Positions 52,828 through 64,000 of a stretch of DNA of 64,000 bases are shown piece after piece. Under the pieces are notes generated by a model. The model did no database searches, was not told the DNA's origin, and was given only the letters and a program-made list of their open reading frames with translations. The position numbers and the translations under genes were made by a program. This stretch comes from Anolis carolinensis (Eukaryota), in assembly GCF_035594765.1 (NCBI RefSeq), contig NW_026943826.1, forward strand, positions 13,371,325 to 13,435,324. Reading direction: 5' to 3'. Numbering within the stretch: position 1 is the stretch's first letter; each line of letters begins with the position of its first letter.

Positions 52828-55251
52828 CCTCTTGACCAACAAGCGCGGAAGAACTCTCCTTTCTCCTGCGTAGTTTCTGAGGCTCTGCACCCCTTGGGTC
52901 TCCCCATTTAATAGGGAATTAATTACCAAATGTCACCCCATGCCCTGACAACCATTAATTAATTAGGGAGTGGTTGATGATGTCCGAGGTATGCCACCCG
53001 TACAATTTATACCACGACGACTTGTGTCAAGGAATACATTATGTGAACGACATTATAGCGTAATCTAGAACAGAGAGTCTCAAAGCAGACCTGTCTCAGA
53101 CCCAGCTTAGGGTTCTTCGTTGTTCAAAAGATGTTGAGACACACTTAGGAAGAGATAGCATTACATAGAACATTGGGTTGACCATTGAGGAACACGTTCT
53201 TCGTCATAAGAAGAGCGCGTTTGTCAGCAGTCAACCCAACATTCAAATCAACTGAATTATTAGAGGAACAGGTACGTTCCATATTCTAGGAGCATTCTCT
53301 CATGATGTTTTGCCCACATCTATGGCAGGCTTCCTCAGAGGTTGAGGGGTTGAGGGGTCTGCCACAGATGTGGGCGAAACATTAGAAGACAATGCTTCTA
53401 GAACATGGCAATACAGCCCAGAAGATTCATAACTACCTAATTGTATCTCAACATCTGGGGAACTATGAGGAACACATTCCTCAATGGTCAACTCAATGTT
53501 CTATGTAACCCTAGCTCTTCATGAGTGTATCTCAACATCTGGGGGATGATGAAGAACGTCTTTATCAAAGGTCAACCGAAATGTAATACTATCTGTACCT
53601 AAGTGTATCTCAACATCTAGGGAACGACGAGGTTCACATTTCTCAACCTCATATAGACTTAAATGGTCAAATCTGGCCTCTGGGGTCCCCAGGGCTCTAT
53701 TTCATCCCATATCCTATTCAACATATAGATGAAACCACTAAGAGTGGTCATCTGGAGTTTGGGGTACGATGCCACATCTACCCAGATGACACCCAACTCC
53801 TATCATTCCTTTGCATTCATTTCATTAGGCATTTCTTTTAATGGGTGTCTTCAGCAATTAATTTTCCCTTAGACATTAACTTCTGCCATGAATAATGCAA
53901 CAGGAAATTTCGTCAACTGCATAAATAACTTTTTTTGAGAAGGAATGTCCTGGGCCTCCCTGTGCATACGGAAGCACGTCATGCCCTTTGGGCTGAGGAA
54001 TGCCCCACTTGGGGTTGTTGGCTTCTCCAGTAGGAAGATCGTTGACCGAGAAAGGGACGAGTATTTTGGGAAATCGATTGAATCGGGTGGGACAGCGCTC
54101 TCAGTAGGACGCCGCTTCTAGAACAAACTTACCAATACAAAAATTAGGAAGCAACTAAGAATCCAAGGCTGATATAACTATATTCACAGTAATTCGTTTA
54201 GCTTCCTAAAATGGCAGATTAAAAGTATAGACCTGGGTACACATCTACATTGGATGGTTCATTTTCAGTGATACTCAGCTATTTCAGGAAGCATATTAGA
54301 GACTTATTTAATAGTTACTCTGGGGCCCTAAGCTGGGCCTGATTCCCAATTTCAGCAGATCTGTTCCAATGGGTGTTAATGATAATATTAATAACAATAG
54401 CTACTCTGGGACCCTAAGCTGGGTCTGAGAGAGGGCTCCTTCCCCATGACAGCTGATGTGTACCAAAGGGTGATAATAATAATAATAACAACAACAACAA
54501 CAACACTAGTTACACTGGGACCCTAAGCTGGGTCTGAGAGAGGAGTGCTTCCCCATGACATCCAATGTGTACCAATGGGTGTTGACGATAATAATAATAT
54601 TAATAACAATAGTTACTCTGGGACCCTAAGCTGTGTCTGAGAGAGGCGTGATTCCCAATTTCAGCAGATGTGTGCCAATGGGTGTTAATGATAATAATAA
54701 TATTAATAACAATAGCTACTCTGGGTCCCTAAGCTGGGTCTGAGAGAGAAGTGCTTTCCTGTGACATCTGATGTGTGCCAATGGGTGTAAATAATAATAT
54801 TCATAACAATGGGACCCTAAGCTGGGTCTGAGAGAGGTCTGCGTTGAGGACCGCTGTGCTAGATTAAACTATCATGTCGTTCACATAATGTATCTCTTGA
54901 AAAGGGAACATGGAAGAGAAGGGAAAGCTTGGAGGAAGAGGAAGGAACCGATGAGCCGACGAGCCCCTCGGTACGGAGCTCCATGTTCTCTGCGGAGCAC
55001 ACTTTGAGAGCTAGATTAAGCTATGATGTCATTGGCATAATGTATTCCTTGACACAGGTCATCGTGGTATGAATAGTAAGGGTGGCATCTATCGGACATA
55101 ATCAGCCACTCCCGAATCAATTCATGGCTGTCTGGGCATGGGGTGGCATTTGGTAATTAGTTTCCTATTAAACGGGGAGACCCATGGGGTGCAGAACCTC
55201 AGAAACCACCAAGGAGAAAGGAGAGTTCTTCCACGCTTGTTAGTCAAGAGG

Positions 55252-55326
55252 ATGGGATTCCTTGCCACTCTGGGGATGTCTGTGTTGTATGCCAGCCTTC
55301 TCGCTCTCTTCTTGGTGATCGCATGA
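55252..55326 (+). pseudogene. Truncated AADACL-like exon 1 (Trp->TGA) with upstream promoter copy
   Basis: MGFLATLGMSVLYASLLALFLVIA*; homology ends at the stop. Confidence 0.8.
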
Positions 55327-55364
55327 GCAGATTATCATTCGGGGGGGGGGGGGGGATTGCACAA

Positions 55365-55606
55365 TCTATATATATAAAAAGGTAATGAAATTTCGGCCTA
55401 GGACAAAACAACAAAACTACACATCCCAGAAACACTAAACTTGGCAGCACAATCCCTCATCCATGCCTCTACGTTCATACAACAAACAGTTCCAGCTACT
55501 CCAGAAAACGGCCAGGCTTTGAGACTGCAAGGCTATTCACTGCTATTCCACCTGGCCAACAAAGGATTCCCATCAGTCACAGCAACGCGTGGCCCGGCCA
55601 AGCTAG
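55365..55606 (+). mobile_element. Short non-autonomous Helitron
   Basis: TC...CTAG ends and a similar hairpin; paralogous empty sites read ACAA|TATT. Confidence 0.75.
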
Positions 55607-55894
55607 TATTCTTATGAAAGAATAAATGTTGTGTCATGTTGATTTTCCACCTGACAGGATTAGTGTGTTCCTGTGCAATACAAAATAATGTGCACTGATA
55701 CACTCGCGAAGATATGACCACGCATAAGTAGCCTAAGTACTAAGTACATATTGAACAATAGTCAAAAATGAGATGTCATAGCAAACCTATTGGCTTAACT
55801 GGCTTTCCACAGAGTTAATAAATACGCGAGTACCAGAGTATGTCTTCCTACTCACTGAGCTGCCTTCTCCATCTCCAACAGATAATAACAACGT

Positions 55895-56130
55895 CATCCT
55901 CTTGACCAACAAGCACGGAAGAACTCTCCTTCCTCCTGGGTGACTTCTGAGGTTCTGCACCCCTTGGGTCTCCCTATTTAATAGGGAATTAATTACCAAA
56001 TGCCACCCTATGCCCAGACAGCCATTAATTGATTAGGGAGTGGTTGATTATGTCCGAGGTATGCCACCTTTACAATTTATACCATGATGACCTGTGTCAA
56101 GGAATACATTATGTGAACGACATTATAGCA
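55895..56130 (-). pseudogene. Promoter/5'UTR copy broken just after the ATG
   Basis: Matches 52825-53060; coding homology is lost after the ATG at 55897. Confidence 0.7.
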
Positions 56131-56242
56131 TGTGTGGGCATGGTGTGGCATTTGGTAATTAAATGGGGAGACCCATGGGGTGCAGAACCTCAGAAACCAC
56201 CAAGGAGAAAGGAGAGTTCTTCCGTGCTTGTTCGTCAAGAGG

Positions 56243-56355
56243 ACGGCCTTCCTTGCCACTCTGCGGATGCCTGCGTTGTATGCCAGCCTTCTCACTCTCT
56301 TCTTGGTGATCACATGGACCATTTATCAGGATCAGAGAAGGCAAGACATTCCCTC
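56243..56355 (+). pseudogene. Truncated exon 1 with start codon mutated to ACG
   Basis: TAFLATLRMPALYASLLTLFLVITWTIYQDQRRQDIP, then unrelated sequence. Confidence 0.75.
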
Positions 56356-57892
56356 CTCTTTCATCTAACACTTTCCCTTGTCGCTTTGACTAGAAAATTA
56401 CTATCATCCTCTTTTCGTGCATTTGGTAGTCGGAACACTGGAATTCCCGAATATGGTATCCTCAAACGATATCATGCACATCCCTGCTGTGGATCGATGC
56501 GCTCTAGCTCAGGCTGGATCTACACTGCCATATCATACTAATTATCAAAGCAGATAATTATATGAGTCTACATTGCCATGAAACCCGGTTCAAAGCAGAC
56601 AATCTGGATTTTATATGGGCGTGTAGAAGCTGTCACTTGCTCGTGGGATGCGAAAGAGCCAAGTTTGAGGACCAGAGGTTGTCGTCTCCTCCATCTCATG
56701 GCGAGACAAAACTCCATCTTGTAATGTGTGTGTCTGCACCTTCAAGCCAGTGGTCTATATATTGGAACCTCATTCTGTACTATTATCTTCGGAAAGGAAT
56801 CTTCAAGGGCCGTAGGAAGCAAATGCTAAACAACAAACCGTGTATTGCCCACCTGTTGCAAACGAACAAGAACCCAGCTCTATACTCAAAGTGAGTCATT
56901 TGGGGGGAAACAATTGTACAATATTGTTGTGGAAGAAGAAGACGAGATGTTGTGTCATGTTGATTTTCCACCTGACAGGATTAGTGTGTTCCAGTGCAAT
57001 ACCAAATAGTGCGCAAAGATATGACAACACATAAGTAGCCTAAGTAGACATATTGAATGAGCTGTCATAGCAATCCTATTGACTTAACTAGCTTTCCACA
57101 GAGTTAATAGCTACTCAAGTACCAGACTAGGTCTTCCTACTCACTAAGCTGCCTTCTCCATCTCCTTGATGCTTATCCTCATGGGATTGATCTCCTTCCT
57201 CTGAAAGCCTGACCCTATAAGGTTGACCTCCTTCTTCTTGATCGTTGTCCCCACAGGGTTTGGGCTGAGTATTTCATCTTGCACATACAACATAAGTAAG
57301 TATACTTGTTTACAAGTTCCACTCAGTGCACTTTGCCCAGCTCATTTTATGTTTTTACTGCTATGTTTCTCAAGTGTTTTATAATGATTGTGATTTTTAA
57401 TGCCTTTTAAATTTATTTGTGTGTTTTTGTATTCGATATTATTGTATGTTGGTTTTATATCTGTAAGCCGCCCCGAGTCCCTCTGGGGAGATGGTGGCGG
57501 GGTACAAAAATAAAATTATTATTATTATTTATACTCAAACTGAGTCACACAGGAGAGAGGAAGTGTTTGTGGATATACAGTATATATATTTATGTATGTG
57601 CATATGTGTTTATTTATTTGTTTGTTTGTTTGTTTGTTTGTTTAATATACCGCTCTTCTCTCCCAGGGGAATCCAGAGAGGTCTTACACAATGGCAAAAT
57701 TAAATGCCATATCTAATACAACCATGTGTGTGTATATATACAGTGCTCACATGCTACTTCGCGGTTCGCTTATCGTAGACTCGCTGTTTCACAGGATTTT
57801 TGTTTACTTATTTATTAATTTATTTACCCCATTGCTGCCCCCTTGCTCCGTGTCTGGCTGGAAAATAAACCCCGCGATAAGTGTAGGAACAC

Positions 57893-57923
<31 letters not shown>

Positions 57924-58379
57924 ATTTATTCATCTTTCAAAAGTACTTTGTAGAAACACAACGAAATCCCGACTACTGAATTGCGAAGATGTGCCTCTTG
58001 GATTCTTTCTCCTGGCAATCTCAGATAAGTTCTTGAAAGCCAAAGGAAGCGTGTGTTTTTTATTTACCGTAATCAGTCTACTTACTCCATCTATCTAAAG
58101 CGGAACTTAGCATTTGGGAAAGCAACAAAGGAGAGAATTTTGCTGGAACGTGACCCTACAGCCCGAAAAACTCACAGCAAGCCAAAATAAAACACGTGTC
58201 TTGATTTGTTGTAAAACATGATGTTTTAGTGCTTCATTTGTAAAAGCTTAATGTAATTTGATGTTTAATAGGCTTTCCCTTAACCCCTCCTTATTATCCA
58301 ACATTTTTGCTTATCCAACGCTTTTATTTTTCAGTGATTGGTTGGGGGGGGGAGGGCCAAAATTCTGTTCGCCTACACT

Positions 58380-58910
58380 TGGTTCGGGACCTGCCTATCT
58401 TCGTGACCGCGTCGTCCCCTATGAACCCACCCGATCGCTGAGATCCTCCGGGGAGGCCCTCCTCTCACTTCCACCCTCCTCACAACAGCGTTTGGTGGGG
58501 ACGAGAGAGAGGGCCTTCTCGGCGGTGGCTCCCCGACTCTGGAACTCCCTCCCCAGGGAGGTTAGGTTGGCTCCCTCTCTACCTTCCTTCAGGAAGCAAC
58601 TGAAGACTTGGATGTTTCGGCAGGCCTTCGGAGATAGTCATTAATTAATCAGCCCCAGTGGGTTTTTAATAATTTGTCCTGTTTTTATTACGGGCTTACC
58701 ATTTATGTGTTTTAAATGAAATTTTTATCTTGTATTGTTGTCTATATTGATATATTGTATTATTGTTTTATCTTTTTATATTGTGATTGTATTGCGTTGC
58801 TTATATTTTGTTCTTACGTTGTTTGGGCCACTGCCCCATGTAAGCCGCCCCGAGTCCCCGTGGGGAGATGGTGGCGGGATATAAATAAAGTTTTATTATT
58901 ATTATTATTA
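58380..58910 (+). mobile_element. L2-clade LINE 3' end
   Basis: GPAYLRD..RAFSAVAPRLWNSLP..FRKQLKTWMF with an (ATT)n tail. Confidence 0.85.
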
Positions 58911-59624
58911 CTTGAAAATTACCTAGGGCCGGCTCTGCATGCACACATCTACTATGGATTTACCCACACGCCATGGACTCCGCCTCAAGTCGAGTGAAGT
59001 TGCTGTGACTCGTATCTGGTAAGGCTTTGGCTGCCCTGCACTGGGCTCGCTTTCGTGCATTCGGTAGTCGGAACGTCCGAATCACCGAATATGGTGTCCT
59101 ATGGTGCACATCCCTACTCTAAGTCAGGCTGGATCGACATTGCCATATAATAATAATTATCAAAGCAGATAATCCACATTATGTAACCCGGTTCAAAGCA
59201 GACAATCTGGATTTTATATGGGAATGTAGAAGCTGTCACTTGCCTGTGGGATATGAAAGAGCCAAGTTTGAGAGCAAAGGTTGTCTTCTCCTCCCTCTAG
59301 TGGTGAGCCAAATTCCCATCTTGTAATGTGTGTGTATGCCTAAAAGCCAGTCATCTATATATGGGAAACTCATTTTGTACTATTTTCTTAGGCAAGGAAC
59401 CTTCGGGGCGGTAGGAACCTGCAAACCTAACCAACAAATCCGTGTAATACCCACCTGTTGCAAACGAAGATGAACCCGGCTCTCCGCGCAAAGCGAGTCA
59501 TTCGGGGGAAGGAATCGTACAATATTCTTGTGGAAGAAGAAGGCGAGATGTTGTGTCATGTTGATTTTCCACCTGACAGGATTAGTGTGTTCCAGTGCAA
59601 TACCAAATATTGTGGGCTGATACG

Positions 59625-59784
59625 CTCGCAAAGATATGACAACGCATAAGTAGCCTAAGTAGACATATTGATCAATAGTCAAGAATGAGCTGTATATATA
59701 TATATATATATATATACAGCTCATTCTTGACTATTGATCAATATGTCTACTTAGGCTACTTATGCGTTGTCATATCTTTGCGAG
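59625..59784. repeat. Perfect 160-bp palindrome centred on (TA)12
   Basis: The arms are exact reverse complements. Confidence 0.92.
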
Positions 59785-59825
<41 letters not shown>

Positions 59826-59913
59826 TATGTTTATGTATACCTTCCATCTGTATATTTATCTGTGTTTCTATGTGTGTCGGTATGTATGTGTGTATATATA
59901 TGGTATGTGTATG

Positions 59914-61063
59914 TGTCAAGGACAGAACGCCACAAGATTCAAAGTAACAGAGTTTATTAGATTACAGAACTCAAAAATGCCCGTAAAACACAAGGGCCAG
60001 GCAGTTTTTGCCTTTAGGAGCAAAAAGGGGCAAAAGTAAATGTTCAAAAGATAAACCGGATTAAACCGGAGTTTAATCCGGGTAAAAACAAACTGCTTGC
60101 TTCAGCCTGGGTATAAACGAAACGAAAGCCAAGGAACAAAAGATACAAAGAATGCAACTAATTGGCAGCAGATTCCTCTCTGCTGCCAACACTGTGCTTA
60201 GAGTAACTTGCGTCGCTCCCCCACACACACAGCAGACAGGATCTCCAACACGAGTAAATCAGCCAAGGATTGTAGCAGTTGAGTAGACCAGTTCCGTTCC
60301 GTAGATCAAAGCCAGAAGCAGACGTTTGTAGTTTTTCCAAGTCCAGGAAGGGGGGGAAGACAAGCCGTGGTCAGTTCAGTCCGAGTTCTCAAAGCAGGAG
60401 ATGGCGTCCGTCAAGAAGACGACGGAAGGTCAAGCTAATAAGAGTAAGCACAGGTTTGCACAAACAAATGCCCACACAATCCCTCCCGCCGTCTGACCCT
60501 GGATTCCAATCAACTTACGTCACAGCACAGGAAAGCACACAAGTCTTCAGGGAAGCGTCCCACACACACACGGATCCCAAGCGTTTGCCCAGATTACCTT
60601 GCCCAACGCAATTTGCAATTGCTCTCAAGCCCCATTTTATGCCAGTTACAAATCTTCATCACTGTCAGCTGTCCTCCTTAACCCGGGCGTTTCCTCATCA
60701 CTTTCCTCGTCAGAGCTGGAACACCTCTGACTACGCCCAACAGCATCTCCAGCTGTGGATCCCGTCCCATCCCTCCAGCTAAACCATGGGTCTAATCCTG
60801 AAGGTCCCCATTCATCTTCTGTCCCATCATGGCCAGTGGCACCCACTTCCTCCCTTACCCGAGTCCAATCCATCTCATCCTCCTCTGAGCTAACCAGCCC
60901 CTCCTCCATTCTCTCCGTAAACCCTTCGAAAGACTCCTCGTCAGATGGTGCTGCAAATATGTCTCGCAGTCTTTTTCTCTCTCGCTCCTCGAGAGTATCT
61001 GACTCTCGAGGAGTCTTACGCCCACGTCTGTCAGTAACAGAGCCATGAGGCTCAATCATAACA
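59914..61063 (-). repeat. 3' LTR (~1150 bp)
   Basis: Starts TGTTATGA directly after the PPT GAGAGGGGATAG (61075-61064) and ends ...CCTTGACA at 59914 next to host microsatellite. The 5' LTR is not in the window to confirm. Confidence 0.75.
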
Positions 61064-64000
61064 CTATCCCCTCTCACAAAGGCCTCCTCCCCCGATGGCG
61101 GAGAAGTGGCAGTGATACCCTCCGCTATAGCACCACGACGACTAGAGGTATCAAGTTTCAACAGCGAACGATGAAAGACTGGATGGACCTTTAAACTAGA
61201 CGGTAAACGCAAACGAAACGCAACAGAAGAAATCTTTTTAACGATAGGAAAGGGACCCAAATACCGAGGCGCAAACTTTCCCCCAGCCTGTTTAATATGT
61301 TTGGAAGATAACCACACCAAATCCCCTTCTTCCAACTCCTCCCCTGCCTGCCTGTGGCGGTCAGCCTGAGTCTTCTGCGTTGCCTTAGCTTCCAACAGTA
61401 AGCGACGGGCAACATCATGCAATGCAGCCATTTCCGAAGAGCGGTACACAGGGTCCGAAGAGACCACATTGGTCGACGGCGCCACACCTCCCCGTGGGTG
61501 AAAACCATAAGTTAGCTCAAATGGCGTATGCTGACTAGACGTGTGCACCGCATTGTTGTAAGCAAATTCCGCCACCGGTAACCACTTTACCCAAGCCGTG
61601 GGTTGATCTAAACAAAAACAACGCAGATACTGCTCTAAGAGCCCATTAACCCGTTCCGACTGTCCATCCGTTTGCGGATGGAAAGCTGAAGACACGTTTA
61701 ACTTAGTCCCCAAACACTCATGGAAGTGTTTCCAAAAGCGTGACACAAATTGCGGAGCCCTATCTGAAATAATCACCTCGGGTGCTCCGTGCAAACGATA
61801 GATGTGCTTTGTAAATAGTAAGGCCAACGTAGGGGCCGCCGGAATGGTTGAACAAGGAATAAAATGAGCCAGTTTACTAAATAAGTCCACCACCACCCAA
61901 ATACAAGTATAACCCCCAGACTTAGGCAAATCTGAAATAAAATCCATGGAAATGATTTGCCATGGCCTCTCCGGAACAGGTAAAGACGATAACAACCCTC
62001 TAGGGCGCCCAACAGGCGTCTTACTCTGCTGACAAACGGCGCAGCTGTCACAAAAGCGCAGAATGTCTTGCCGCATCTTTGGCCACCAGTAGCTCCTGGT
62101 GATAAGCTGTACGGTCTTGAACCTGCCAAAGTGCCCAGCCATGGGTTCGTCATGGTGGGCTCTAATCACCTCCAACCTGAGGGTCCCTACTGGTACGTAA
62201 ACCTGCCCCCTACGCACCAATACCCCGTCTTGATCCTGGAGATGCGGCAGTATGGTACGGTTACCTGCAGAGAGCAGCATCAGTTGCTCCTGAGTCCACA
62301 CATCATCCTTCTGAGCCTCAAGGATCTGGTCATGTAACCCAAGCTCATTATCTACAACACACAGAGAGGCAGTAGGCAAGATGGTCTGACATACTACCTG
62401 CTCATTGGTCTTAAATTCCGGCTTGCGGGATAAAGCATCGGCCCGCAAGTTTGCCTTCCCCTCCACGAACTGCACCTTGAAGTTAAACCTGGAGAAAAAC
62501 AAAGCCCAGCGGATTTGACGCTGGTTTAACTTCTTTGCTGTTTGCAAGTGCTCTAAGTTCTTGTGATCAGATCTGACCACGATCTGGTGCCGTGCCCCTT
62601 CAAGCCAGTGCCGCCACACCTCAAACGCCACCTTAATCGCCAACAACTCCTTCTCCCATATGGTATAGTTCTGCTCGAAGGGTGTTAGTTGCCGCGAGTA
62701 AAATCCACAGGGACGCAAGGTCCCTGAGGAATCCTTCTGAGACAATACAGCCCCCAACGCGTAGCTAGAAGCGTCCGCTTCTACCACGAACGGTCTGTCA
62801 ACATCAGGATGGGTTAGTATGTTGTCCGATTGAAAACTAGACTTTAGTTGTAGAAACGCCTCGTGAGCTTCCCGCCCCCACACAAATGGCTGTTTCTTGC
62901 GCAGAAGCTGCGTCAAAGGTACCGTGAGCTTTGCAAAATTCGGAATAAACTCCCGGTAGTAATTAGCGAAACCCAAGAACCTTTGTACATCCTTCTTAGT
63001 CTTCAGCTCCTGCCATGAGTTGACGGCGTCAACCTTATGTGGGTCCATTTTAAGTTCCCTACCTGACACTACATGACCTAGGAACTCCACTTCAGGCACA
63101 TGAAAGACGCACTTGGAAGCCTTGGCGAAAAGCCCATTAGCCCGCAGTCGGTGCAGAACCTGCTTGACATGTTGACGATGTTCTTTCTCGTCCTTAGAAA
63201 AAATCAAGATATCATCCAAATAAATCACTAAAAATTGGTCAATTAGGTCCCTGAACACATCGTTCATGAACCTCTGGAATACCGCAGGAGCATTACAAAG
63301 CCCAAAAGGCATGACTCGGAACTCGTGGCATCCGAAACACGTGTTAAATGCCGTCTTCCATTCATCCCCTTCCCGTATACGGATTAAGTTATAGGCCCCC
63401 CGCAGGTCAAGCTTGGTAAAGACCTTAGCCCCTTGCACCCTTGATAACAGTTCCGAGATTAAAGGGAGCGGGTACCTATCCCGAATGGTGTATTTGTTTA
63501 GGATCCGATAGTCACAGACCAGCCTAAGTTCCCCAGTCTTTTTGGCTACAAAGAATACTGGTGCCGCAGTTGGAGAACTAGATGGGCGAATAAACCCCTT
63601 GGCTAAATTTTCATCTAGAAACTCCCGCAAAGCTTGCCTTTCCGGTACAGTCAAGGCATACAGCCTCCCTGCTGGCAGTTTCGCACCTTCTGCCAACTTG
63701 ATGGCGCAATCATATGGCCTGTGCGGTGGTAATTTGTCCGCTTCTCTTTTACAAAATACATCAGAGAACTCCCCATACTCAGCAGGCACTCCCTCCATAT
63801 CAGAATGAGTAACATTTAGAGTGCAACAATCCTGCCTCTTTAAGATCACTTTACGTGTTGCCCAATCTACTTGTGGGTTTACTACAGCTAGCCAATCCAT
63901 CCCCAGGATCACGTCATATCTAGGCAAGCTCGTAATATCCCACACAAACGTTCCCGTTACTCCCTGCACCTCCCACGTTACTGCTGAGGTTTCATGGTTA
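60646..64000 (-). CDS. pol: Gypsy pol polyprotein (protease C-end, RT, RNase H, integrase, acidic tail); open at the 5' end
   Basis: YDVILGMDWL; KLDLRGAY, MPFGL, YLDD; EADAS; HHCC zinc finger; SMDF...SDRAPQF...SERVN (DDE); GPF/HPVFH module; >=1107 aa with no stop. Confidence 0.95.
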   Translation of the reverse strand, partial: NHETSAVTWEVQGVTGTFVWDITSLPRYDVILGMDWLAVVNPQVDWATRKVILKRQDCCTLNVTHSDMEGVPAEYGEFSDVFCKREADKLPPHRPYDCAIKLAEGAKLPAGRLYALTVPERQALREFLDENLAKGFIRPSSSPTAAPVFFVAKKTGELRLVCDYRILNKYTIRDRYPLPLISELLSRVQGAKVFTKLDLRGAYNLIRIREGDEWKTAFNTCFGCHEFRVMPFGLCNAPAVFQRFMNDVFRDLIDQFLVIYLDDILIFSKDEKEHRQHVKQVLHRLRANGLFAKASKCVFHVPEVEFLGHVVSGRELKMDPHKVDAVNSWQELKTKKDVQRFLGFANYYREFIPNFAKLTVPLTQLLRKKQPFVWGREAHEAFLQLKSSFQSDNILTHPDVDRPFVVEADASSYALGAVLSQKDSSGTLRPCGFYSRQLTPFEQNYTIWEKELLAIKVAFEVWRHWLEGARHQIVVRSDHKNLEHLQTAKKLNQRQIRWALFFSRFNFKVQFVEGKANLRADALSRKPEFKTNEQVVCQTILPTASLCVVDNELGLHDQILEAQKDDVWTQEQLMLLSAGNRTILPHLQDQDGVLVRRGQVYVPVGTLRLEVIRAHHDEPMAGHFGRFKTVQLITRSYWWPKMRQDILRFCDSCAVCQQSKTPVGRPRGLLSSLPVPERPWQIISMDFISDLPKSGGYTCIWVVVDLFSKLAHFIPCSTIPAAPTLALLFTKHIYRLHGAPEVIISDRAPQFVSRFWKHFHECLGTKLNVSSAFHPQTDGQSERVNGLLEQYLRCFCLDQPTAWVKWLPVAEFAYNNAVHTSSQHTPFELTYGFHPRGGVAPSTNVVSSDPVYRSSEMAALHDVARRLLLEAKATQKTQADRHRQAGEELEEGDLVWLSSKHIKQAGGKFAPRYLGPFPIVKKISSVAFRLRLPSSLKVHPVFHRSLLKLDTSSRRGAIAEGITATSPPSGEEAFVRGDSVMIEPHGSVTDRRGRKTPRESDTLEERERKRLRDIFAAPSDEESFEGFTERMEEGLVSSEEDEMDWTRVREEVGATGHDGTEDEWGPSGLDPWFSWRDGTGSTAGDAVGRSQRCSSSDEESDEETPGLRRTADSDEDL

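Larger units (their letters stand above)
59914..64000 (-). mobile_element. Ty3/Gypsy LTR retrotransposon (3' part; 5' end beyond the window)
   Basis: pol ORF in PR-RT-RH-IN order, a polypurine tract and a TG...CA-bounded 3' LTR. Confidence 0.95.

Overview
Vertebrate genomic DNA. The repeat content (Sauria-type SINE, R4/Dong, Penelope, L2) points to a squamate, probably an anole; this is inference. About 58 kb is a heavily rearranged tandem and inverted cluster of 4-exon AADACL3/4-like (arylacetamide deacetylase-like, HSL-family) alpha/beta-hydrolase genes. Exon sizes are a conserved 177/217/64/~775 nt. There are five complete genes (B +; D, E, F, H -), one gene cut by the window start (A +), one gene with no exon 1 (G +), and many orphan exon-1 and exon-3 copies. 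Genes A and B keep the Ser nucleophile. D, E, F, G and H all carry G-E-C-S-G-G (Ser->Cys) plus a remodelled oxyanion loop. The right end holds a Ty3/Gypsy element (- strand) with an uninterrupted pol ORF. That ORF lacks a chromodomain and runs ~139 codons into the 3' LTR, where it encodes LRDIFAAPSDEESFEGF, a close match to the LEDGF/p75-binding (IBM/TIM) motif of JPO2/PogZ. There is one assembly gap at 47211-47339.
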